Shown one piece after another: positions 1 through 8,007 of a stretch of DNA of 64,000 nucleotides (the first letter of the stretch is position 1; each line of letters starts with the position of its first letter). The translations under genes and the position numbers were made by a program. The notes under the pieces are model-generated. The model ran no database searches. It was not told where the DNA came from and saw only the letters and a program-made list of their open reading frames with translations. The stretch is from positions 1,695 to 65,694 of the forward strand of contig JANQRK010000008.1 of the NCBI GenBank assembly GCA_028284585.1, given 5' to 3'. The stretch comes from Chromatiales bacterium (GTDB lineage Bacteria > Pseudomonadota > Gammaproteobacteria > Chromatiales > Chromatiaceae).

Positions 1-3000
1 TCAGTGACTTGGCATCGAGCACCGAGAGGTTGAATGCCTCGACGCTGATGTCTGCGTCGGCATCTGAGGTAATCAGCTCACTGTCCGTCACATAGGCCCG
101 TGCTGTGCTCAGGAGCTGGTTGTTTGCAATGACCCCGCCCCGCGAGCCCGAACCGCCAGAGCTGGAGGTGTTTTCGACCGTGCTCTCGTCCAGCGCCGTG
201 ATGCGTGCCATCTCGGTGGCGGTCACCGTGATGCCGCTGCCGGCGGTGATCAGGCTGTCGTCGATGAAGGCCTCGGTGCGGGCATCGACGTCATTGCGCG
301 CAATCAACCCGAAATTATTCTTGGCGGTGCCACCCGAGAGGCCGACCAGGGTGCGCACTGCTTTACCGATACTGCCCAGCGCGTTGAACTCGTCGACGCG
401 CTGCCAGATGCCGAAGTTCGTGTAGTCCGTTGTGCTGAGGACCTGCGTGGTGCCGTCCGCACCCATATAGCGGAAGATATCGCCCTCTTCGAGATCGTCA
501 TTCGGATCGAGGTCGGCGACATTCTTGCCGATGCGCACCTGGTCGCCGAATTCCATCGACGCGGTGCCGGACTCGGTGGTGAACTGGTAGTCCTGGAGTA
601 CCGTCGAGATGGCCTCGTCGACAATGCTGAAGCCGAGCGTATTGGTCTCGCTGGCCTCGGGCTCCATGGAGGTGGTCGCATCGATAATCGCGCTGTCGGT
701 CGCCGTGACATTTACGGCCCCCTCCGCGACCGGCGGGTCACCAAAGGTACCCCGCTCATCGACGTTGTCCATGCTGGCCTGCACCTCTGTGGCGAGCAGG
801 TTCGAGGCCAGGATGAAGGAGGTATTGACGCCGTCCGCACCATAGGCCGCCGCGGCCGCAGAGGTCGCCTGGGTATCTACCCGCGCCGTAATCAGCGCTT
901 CATTCATCGCCGTGACGTTCACATCGCCTAGGACATCCAGGTCGGAATCCACGACCGTTGCCATCACCCTGGCCGGATTGGCCGTGCCGATCGCATCGAT
1001 CAGGGCATCGATGCCCTGTGACAAGACATCCTGCGACTCGTAGCCGATGGTGTTGTAGGCGAGCATCACGCCGACTGACTCGGAGCCGGTCGAGACCGCG
1101 GTACTGTTGGTGGCGGTGATGGTCGACGAGTTCGTGGCGCTGACCGCAAAGTTGCCGGTAGCACCGCCACCGGCAACGCCGGCATCGACAGTGCTGTCCT
1201 CCACCGTCGCCAAGGCACTGCTAAGGATACCGTTGGTGGCGATGACGCCATTGTTGGCGGTCGATGTGCCTTTGCCGAAGATATTGCCGCCGGACGACTC
1301 GGCATCGGTGTCGGCAGTCGCTGTGATCTCGGCGTCGACGCTCGCCGTGACCGCGATATCGCCGGATGCAGTGCGTGCCGCGACATTGCTCAAGCGCGCC
1401 TCGACCTCGGTGGAGACTTCGTTGCGTACCAAAACGCCGCCGTAGGACAGCGAATTCGACGGCAGAAAATTATTGCCCTGCGGGATCAGGTCGGTCTCGA
1501 GGATCTCCTTCCAGAGATCGAGATTGCCGAAGTCCTCGTCGGCGAGGTCGAGATTGCGATTACTGCCGACGAACTCGTAGACCCGACCCGGCGATCCACC
1601 CTCGTCCGGGTCGGCCGCGAAGTCGGTGGTGAGGAATACGCTGTCGCCGAACTCCACCAAGGTGGTGCCGACCAGCTCGTTGCCGTCGGCGTCGAACACC
1701 ATGGTGCCGTCGGTCGAGAAGTCCGCGTCCTCTAAGCCGGCGATGGCCGTCCCGAGCAGGTTGGCACCGCCATCGCTTGACGTAATCGACGACGAGACCA
1801 GCTTGGAGTTGGAGAAGATGCCGGCGCTATCGCTCGCGTTGACCGTGATGCTGCCAGCGGCAAACACGGTCTCGGGCGACGCGGCCCCTGCGGTCTCGAT
1901 GTAGGCACGCGCCGAGGTGTTGGTGCGATTGGCCGCGATAGAGCCACTGACCGCCACACTGGCGACGCCCGCTGCGCCGAACAGCGCATCGGCAGTCGAA
2001 GAGGCTGCGTTGCTGACCGTCGCGTTGATCGCCGGTGAGGACTCGGCGTCGACGACGATGTCGCCACTGGTCGAGACCTCCGTGTCGACGATGAAGGCGC
2101 TGGTGTTACCGCCGTTGCTCGCGACCAGCTGGTCGAAGCCGACCACCACGTCACCGAAGCCCTCACCGACGGTCGCGCCGGTGGGGTTCGCGATTTCGAT
2201 ACCGATGGCATTATAGGCAAAGGCACCGCTGCCATTGCCGGTGACCGCGCCCGAGGTCGAGGACCCGGTCTTGGCCGTTGCCGTGATCAGCGCGTCATTG
2301 CTGGCCTGCACCTCGACGCCGCCGTCGGTCTCGACGAGGCTGTCGAGGATACTTGCCGTGATGTCACCGCCGATGATATTGGTCGCGATGGTCCCGTTGA
2401 AGGTCAGCTCGAGCGGATCGATCTGGGCACCGCCGCTATCAAGAATCTGTGCGTCGGTGAATGCCACTGCCTGGATCGCGCTGACCGCAGTGACGGCGAG
2501 CCCGCCGGACGCTACGGAAATCAGGCTGGAGTTGCCGTCGGTATCGTCGATGGTCGCCGATACCGAGCGCACGATGTCGTTGACCGCCGTGGCCGAACCC
2601 AGCTCCAACGGAAAGGTCAGCGCGCCGGGATCGAGCTGGAACTCCGATGAGGTGGCAGTGAGCTGGGCGGTGTCGCTGGCGCTGAGGTTGACGCCGGCAG
2701 CACCATCTATTTGCACCTCTGAGCCGGCGATGGACGCACTGGTCCCGCCGGTCACGGTGTTCTCCGCGCGCTTGGCCGTCGCCGTATAGGTCGCCATATT
2801 ACTGGCCTCGACATTCAGGCCATCGGCATTGATCTGCGCATTGGTGATACTGGCGGTTGCGGTGTCGCTGGCCGTGGTGACGTGTTGGCCGTACAGATCG
2901 GAAACGATGGTGCCGGCCGTCCCACCACCCGCATCATCGGCAATGCTCGCCGAGACGCTGGTGACACCGGCGTTGGTACTGCTGGTTCCAGATACTGTGG

Positions 3001-4606
3001 CAATGCCATTGGTGGCGTCACCAATGGCAGAAGTCGCCGAACGGGTCAGATCGATGGCCGAGCTGGCGTCGCTCAGATCGAGCTCGGTCAAATCAATGAG
3101 ATCGGCGCTGTCCTCGCTCGGGTCGTAGTCGATACGCACCGCAGAGGCGTCGGCGGCGTTCAAGCTCAAGCTGGTGTCGGCCACCACGGCGACGCCGCCC
3201 GCGATCGTGGCACTCGCGGTATGCGTACCGGTCACACTGGTGTCGCCATCGTCCAACAGACTGGCATCTTGGACCAGCACAGTGTAGAGACCGGAGACGT
3301 CGGCCGTGATGCCGACGACGCCACCGCTTAGCGCCGCATCGACCGCGACGCTCGCGTTGGCCTGATAGCTGAAATCGTCCAGCGTGGACTGACTGTCGCT
3401 GATATCGACCGAGGCATCCAACGTGATGTCGCCGGCCGCATCCAGGGCACCATCGACCACGATGGCCGCGTCCAGTCCGGTATCGACGTCGGCCGCGGCA
3501 GTGATGCTGACATCGCCAGCGGTCGAGGTGATGCTGGCGGTCTCGGTAAGGGTTACGCTCTCCGCGGTCGCGGAGAAATCGCCCGGCATACTCAGGATGG
3601 CATCGATTATCAGGGTATCGGTGCCGGTACCCAGGTCGATCAGCAGTGAATCAAATCCGGTTTCGAAGGTAACGAATTCGAAGGTGTCGGGCGTATCCGT
3701 GCTCTCGAAGGTGAAGACATCGCCGGACCTCGTCAGCGTCGCATTGTCGTCGCTGGCCAAGCTCAATAGGCCGAAGTCGAGCTCGATGGCGCTGACCGTC
3801 GCACCGAGAGGAATCGGTTCCAAGCCATCATAGCGCAGCGTCGCACCGTCCAAGACGACAACACCGGAATGGGGGCCGCTAAAACCGAAGGTCACGGTGT
3901 CATAGTGGCCGTCATTGATCTCCAGGGTATCGAAACCGCCGACGCCGCCGTCGAGCAGGCCGCTCGAGCCGGCACCTTGGTTCAGTACGAAGGTATCCTG
4001 GTTGTGCGCGGCGCCGAGCAGATTTTCCACCCCGCGGAAGCCGACGTGCTCGTTGAGGGTCCCGGCGTCGACGCCTGTGAGTTCCCAGAGGCTGTCCGTG
4101 GCATCGCCGGCCAGGGCATCGTCGCCGCCCCGGCCGTCGAAGGTGATCACCAGAGAACTCAGATCGTGTTCGAGACCCAGATCCAGGGTCAATAGATCAT
4201 CGAGCTCAGATCCCGTGATGACGACCTCGCTGACCGCGACCAATTGCCGTTGGGCGATTATTGGGGTCTGGGCATCCGTGTTATCCAGGATTTGGAGCAC
4301 CGGCGTGCCCGCATGTTCGACCAACCTCAGCGTAAGGTCGAAAGGGTTGTCGGCTTGTGCCGCAAAGCTCAGGGGGTCGGCTGACAGCAGCAGCCGGGGT
4401 TCGAGCGCCTCGAACTGAATCTTGGGGTGGCCCGGCAATGACCGTCGGATCGGGGGAGCCACACGCGGCCCTTCACGCCCTTTGATGCCGCCGCCCGGCC
4501 TGAGGAAAGGGGGTGTCGCTAGGGTCCGGCGGCCGGTTCGCCACAGTCGACTGCAAGCGGCCCGGAACGGCGTCTTGCCAGTCGCAGACACAAACGGGTG
4601 CGCCAT
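1..4606 (-). CDS. Giant LEPR-XLL-motif extracellular/surface protein, N-terminal part (>1535 aa, continues beyond left edge)
   Basis: Manual translation: ATG at 4606 with GGGGAAGAG RBS, then ...IQFEALEPRLLLSAD... (about 4380-4420), Gly/Asp-rich segments (FDGRGGDDAL, LDGGVGGFDTL) and long A/S/V/I/T/D-rich sequence. The ORF track lists no minus-strand ORF in this frame anywhere in 1-4606, consistent with no stop codon; spot checks agreed. Confidence 0.92.
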   Translation of the reverse strand, partial: MAHPFVSATGKTPFRAACSRLWRTGRRTLATPPFLRPGGGIKGREGPRVAPPIRRSLPGHPKIQFEALEPRLLLSADPLSFAAQADNPFDLTLRLVEHAGTPVLQILDNTDAQTPIIAQRQLVAVSEVVITGSELDDLLTLDLGLEHDLSSLVITFDGRGGDDALAGDATDSLWELTGVDAGTLNEHVGFRGVENLLGAAHNQDTFVLNQGAGSSGLLDGGVGGFDTLEINDGHYDTVTFGFSGPHSGVVVLDGATLRYDGLEPIPLGATVSAIELDFGLLSLASDDNATLTRSGDVFTFESTDTPDTFEFVTFETGFDSLLIDLGTGTDTLIIDAILSMPGDFSATAESVTLTETASITSTAGDVSITAAADVDTGLDAAIVVDGALDAAGDITLDASVDISDSQSTLDDFSYQANASVAVDAALSGGVVGITADVSGLYTVLVQDASLLDDGDTSVTGTHTASATIAGGVAVVADTSLSLNAADASAVRIDYDPSEDSADLIDLTELDLSDASSAIDLTRSATSAIGDATNGIATVSGTSSTNAGVTSVSASIADDAGGGTAGTIVSDLYGQHVTTASDTATASITNAQINADGLNVEASNMATYTATAKRAENTVTGGTSASIAGSEVQIDGAAGVNLSASDTAQLTATSSEFQLDPGALTFPLELGSATAVNDIVRSVSATIDDTDGNSSLISVASGGLAVTAVSAIQAVAFTDAQILDSGGAQIDPLELTFNGTIATNIIGGDITASILDSLVETDGGVEVQASNDALITATAKTGSSTSGAVTGNGSGAFAYNAIGIEIANPTGATVGEGFGDVVVGFDQLVASNGGNTSAFIVDTEVSTSGDIVVDAESSPAINATVSNAASSTADALFGAAGVASVAVSGSIAANRTNTSARAYIETAGAASPETVFAAGSITVNASDSAGIFSNSKLVSSSITSSDGGANLLGTAIAGLEDADFSTDGTMVFDADGNELVGTTLVEFGDSVFLTTDFAADPDEGGSPGRVYEFVGSNRNLDLADEDFGNLDLWKEILETDLIPQGNNFLPSNSLSYGGVLVRNEVSTEVEARLSNVAARTASGDIAVTASVDAEITATADTDAESSGGNIFGKGTSTANNGVIATNGILSSALATVEDSTVDAGVAGGGATGNFAVSATNSSTITATNSTAVSTGSESVGVMLAYNTIGYESQDVLSQGIDALIDAIGTANPARVMATVVDSDLDVLGDVNVTAMNEALITARVDTQATSAAAAAYGADGVNTSFILASNLLATEVQASMDNVDERGTFGDPPVAEGAVNVTATDSAIIDATTSMEPEASETNTLGFSIVDEAISTVLQDYQFTTESGTASMEFGDQVRIGKNVADLDPNDDLEEGDIFRYMGADGTTQVLSTTDYTNFGIWQRVDEFNALGSIGKAVRTLVGLSGGTAKNNFGLIARNDVDARTEAFIDDSLITAGSGITVTATEMARITALDESTVENTSSSGGSGSRGGVIANNQLLSTARAYVTDSELITSDADADISVEAFNLSVLDAKSL

Positions 4607-5022
4607 ACTCTTCCCCCTCGTCAACATTCCAGCCGCAAGATCGAATCCGGCTCAGTCAGCAGCAGCCGGCGGAAGACGCACACCCCGTCATCGACGGCGG
4701 GACCGGGCGCACCCAGCCGTCAGCGCAACCTACACTGCAGCGATACTCCGCCCAGACACCACCGCGTCACGCAGGGCTTGACGTGCCATCAGCCGATAGA
4801 CCGGACAGTTGCAATCTGGCACCGCAAAGGACGGTCCGTTGGGCCAGCTGAAGGTAGAGGGATCGCTATCCTAGTTCGAGGTTATTCTATGCTCAGCTTC
4901 CGAATTTCTTTCCTAAAGGATAGCGGCAAAACTATCGAATGCAATCCGCGGGATGCCCTGATGTGCACTCGGACTAGGCGCCGAGTCGAGACCTATTTGA
5001 GCAGTGCGGGCTATAAATAAAA

Positions 5023-5060
5023 TCAGTAAAAACTGAATTTTACAGACTACATTCAATGTA
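5023..5060. promoter_or_regulatory. Two short palindromes in an AT-rich patch upstream of the giant gene
   Basis: TCAGT-AAAA-ACTGA (5023-5036) and TACATT-C-AATGTA (5048-5060). Confidence 0.35.
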
Positions 5061-5086
5061 ACTTAGGAAGAGCTGCACGCGGGCTG

Positions 5087-5899
5087 CTAATCGGCGACGG
5101 TAGGCAGAAAGCGAATACCGCAACGTACACCGGCCGGTACGCGAAACTCGGTATTGGGCAGTACCAATCGAACGCCGAAGGTGTCGCTGGCCGGATCGAT
5201 CACGTTATCCACCACGCTGACGGTAGCAGTCTGGACCTCGGCACCCGGATAGCGGGGACTTACCTCGGCCTGCTGTCCTGCCTTAACGGCCCCAAAACGC
5301 TCCACGGGGAGGAGGACTTCGACATTCAGCGGATCGACTTCGGCGATCCGCAGTATCGTCGTGTTCTCGACCGACTCGCCGGGCGAGAGCAAGCGTTCGA
5401 CCACGATGCCTGCCACCGGACTGACCAGCGTCCTGCGCTTCAAGATCTTGCGCGCCCGTTCGAACTCCAGCTGGGCCAGCTTGCGCTGGTGTTGGGTCTG
5501 ACGCAGCCGCAACTGGGCGCGTCGCGCCTCGGTCGCCGCACGATCTTTCTCGGTCAAAGAGATCACCTTTTTCTCGAACAGATTCTCGATCCGCGCGAGT
5601 TCGCGCCGCGTCAAACCGACATCAGCGCGCCGCTCGGCCAGTTCGGCATCCATTTGCGCCCTCGCCTCGGCCAAGGCGACGCTAGCCTTCTCGACGTCCG
5701 CTTCCAACTGGACCACCACTTGCCCCGACTCGACCACATCACCCCGAGCGGCCAGGATGGACTCGACGATGCCCTCTTCGCGGGTGCTCAGGTCTATCAC
5801 CGAGCTGGGCTCGATCAGGCACCCGAAGCTCTTATCGTCCGACGCCTGACCGGCCGGCACCAAGACGCCGACGAACAACAGAACATGCCATTTCTTCAA
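5087..5899 (-). CDS. HlyD/RND-type periplasmic adaptor (membrane fusion protein), 270 aa
   Basis: Signal-like N-terminus, lipoyl-hybrid half motifs (GIVESILAARGDVVESGQVVVQL; LVSPVAGIVVER), coiled-coil hairpin, IDPASDTFGVRL beta-barrel; TTG start. Confidence 0.9.
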   Translation of the reverse strand: MKKWHVLLFVGVLVPAGQASDDKSFGCLIEPSSVIDLSTREEGIVESILAARGDVVESGQVVVQLEADVEKASVALAEARAQMDAELAERRADVGLTRRELARIENLFEKKVISLTEKDRAATEARRAQLRLRQTQHQRKLAQLEFERARKILKRRTLVSPVAGIVVERLLSPGESVENTTILRIAEVDPLNVEVLLPVERFGAVKAGQQAEVSPRYPGAEVQTATVSVVDNVIDPASDTFGVRLVLPNTEFRVPAGVRCGIRFLPTVAD

Positions 5900-5925
5900 A
5901 ATTCTAGACCCATGCGTGATTGCCC

Positions 5926-7962
5926 TTACTCGGCTGTGCCGCCGAAGGCAAGTAACTCATTCAACTGCTCGTCGGCGCGTAACAGCCTTTTGCGAAGCCG
6001 CGAGTTGCGTCGCTCCAGTTTACGTTGCAGATGGCCGAGCAGTAGCCGACCCGCGGTCCCCATAACCGGCTTGGCACGCGAACGCGCCGGACCGAACAAG
6101 CGATCCAGCCAGTGTTTCGAGCACCCCTGCGCCAACTCGTCCTGCAACGACACCAGGTATTCATGCGATCCAGGGTCACCCTGGCGCCCGCTGCGGCCGG
6201 TCAACTGTCGATCGATACGCCTTGCTTCGTGAAACTCGGTCACTATCACGTGCAAACCACCCGCTTTGGCGGCAGCCGGTGACAATTTGATATCCGTGCC
6301 CCGGCCGGCCATGTTGGTCGCCACGGTCACGCACCCGGCCTGTCCCGCCTGCGCGATCACTTGTGCCTCTTGCCGGTCCTGACGTGCATTAAGGATTTGA
6401 TGCGGAATACCCGCCGCCCGCAACCGCTCGCCGAGCACTTCGGATGCACCAAGGGTTCGGGTACCCACCAACACCGGGCGTTGCTCGGTACGCAATTCGC
6501 AAACCCGCGCCACCACCGCATCCCATTTGTCATCCAGGGTGCGATACACAGCCCCGGGCATGGCACGGCGCTGCGAGCGCCGATGGGTGGGTACTTCCAC
6601 GACATCGAGCCCGTAGACCGCCCACAGCTCGTTCACCACTTCCCGTGCTGTTCCGGTCATTCCGGCAAGCTTCAGGTAGCGCCTAAAGAAGCGTTGGTAG
6701 CTGATACGGGCCAAAGTGCGTGGTGTGCTGGTGATATCGCATGCCTCCTTCGCCTCGATCAGCTGGTGTAGATTACGCTGCCAGGAGCGATCAACCATCG
6801 TGCGGCCGGTGTTTTCATCAATGATTTCGATGCGGCCGTCCCGGACCAGGTAGTGAATGTCCCTCTCGTACAGGTGTAACGCGCACAGCGCCTGGCCCGC
6901 CAACTCTTCGCGGCGACGAGTCGACGACCAAGGGCCACCCAGCGATGCCGCCAGCGCTCGCAAACGGGACTTGCCCGCATCAGTGAAAGTGACGTCGCGA
7001 TGGGCGGCATCGATAGTAAACTCACGCTCCGGTGTGAACTGCTCAGCAACCCAAAGGGCTTGTTGATACATATCCTGATTCACTTCGCCTTGATCACGCC
7101 GTGAGATGATCAATGGCGTGCGCGCCTCATCCACCAACACGCTGTCCGCCTCATCGACGATCGCATAACAAAGGCCTCGCAACATCAGGCGCTGTGATCG
7201 CGGCTGCTCGGTATGTAGGCCTTCCAGCTCCATTCGCAATCGACCGTGCGACGTATCGGTCACTAGCCGATCCCTTAGATAATCGAAGACCAGTTGCTTG
7301 TTGGTGCAGTAGACGATATCGCAGGCATAGGCCGCCTGGCGTTCAGTCGTGCTCATCGCCGCGGTGACGCTCCCCACGGTAAGCCCCATGTAGTCGTAAA
7401 CGGGGGCCATCCACTGGGCATCGCGGGTCACCAAGTAATCGTTCAAGGTGACGATGTGAACAGGCACACCGGCGAGCGCCGATACCCCTGCCGGCAAAGT
7501 CGCCGTCAGGGTCTTGCCTTCGCCGGCCTCCATCTCCGCGACCACGCCGCTGTATATCAGCCATCCACCGAGGAGTTGCACGTCGAAGTGCCGCATGCCC
7601 AGGGTGCGAGACGCAACCTCTTGAACCATGGCGAAACCACGCGCAGCGTCTTTGCGGTGGTTGCCGGTAGCGGACAGACGCCGGCGCAGCAAGCTGATCT
7701 CGGCCTTTAGGGCCTGATCCGACAACCGACGCAGTTGCTCCGCCTCTTTGTGTATCAAGGGCAGAATTTTGCAATTCAGATCGGCACGGCGACGCATGAG
7801 TTGGCGTCTTTGCCCGCTGATCGCTGCGACGGCGCAATCAAGGGCGCCTAGGGGAGTTTCTGGTCGCTGTGGGTAACTGCCTAAGGCGACCCCTGGCCGC
7901 AATGCTGAGCTGAACATCGACTTATACCGTGCGTTGGAAATCTGCCAAATCTCGCGGCCCAT
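5926..7962 (-). CDS. SecA-like DEAD ATPase paralog lacking the C-terminal part (accessory SecA)
   Basis: MEAGEGKT Walker A (7510-7524 for GEGKT), DEADSVLVDEARTPLIIS, GMTGTA, ATNMAGRGTDIKL, RRIDRQLTGRSGRQGDPG; ends about 70 aa later. Likely start is ATG 7917 (MFSSALRPG). Confidence 0.93.
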   Translation of the reverse strand: MGREIWQISNARYKSMFSSALRPGVALGSYPQRPETPLGALDCAVAAISGQRRQLMRRRADLNCKILPLIHKEAEQLRRLSDQALKAEISLLRRRLSATGNHRKDAARGFAMVQEVASRTLGMRHFDVQLLGGWLIYSGVVAEMEAGEGKTLTATLPAGVSALAGVPVHIVTLNDYLVTRDAQWMAPVYDYMGLTVGSVTAAMSTTERQAAYACDIVYCTNKQLVFDYLRDRLVTDTSHGRLRMELEGLHTEQPRSQRLMLRGLCYAIVDEADSVLVDEARTPLIISRRDQGEVNQDMYQQALWVAEQFTPEREFTIDAAHRDVTFTDAGKSRLRALAASLGGPWSSTRRREELAGQALCALHLYERDIHYLVRDGRIEIIDENTGRTMVDRSWQRNLHQLIEAKEACDITSTPRTLARISYQRFFRRYLKLAGMTGTAREVVNELWAVYGLDVVEVPTHRRSQRRAMPGAVYRTLDDKWDAVVARVCELRTEQRPVLVGTRTLGASEVLGERLRAAGIPHQILNARQDRQEAQVIAQAGQAGCVTVATNMAGRGTDIKLSPAAAKAGGLHVIVTEFHEARRIDRQLTGRSGRQGDPGSHEYLVSLQDELAQGCSKHWLDRLFGPARSRAKPVMGTAGRLLLGHLQRKLERRNSRLRKRLLRADEQLNELLAFGGTAE

Positions 7963-8007
7963 TCTTCGCTCGGCCCCTCGCGTTGGACTGCCTGCGCGCG
8001 ATCGCCG

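Noticed and set aside
105-4418. Many plus- and minus-strand ORFs of 60-184 aa in the ORF track
   Set aside because: Shadow frames of the giant minus-strand gene; S/A/V- or R/P-biased with no motifs
4771-4788. Possible sigma54 promoter for the giant gene (TGGCACG on minus strand)
   Set aside because: The -24 element is perfect, but the GC lies 3 bp too far for a -12 element
4607-5086. c-di-GMP riboswitch upstream of the giant gene
   Set aside because: Short inverted repeats exist (GCTATCCT...AGGATAGC), but the GEMM consensus could not be matched by eye; an Rfam scan would settle it
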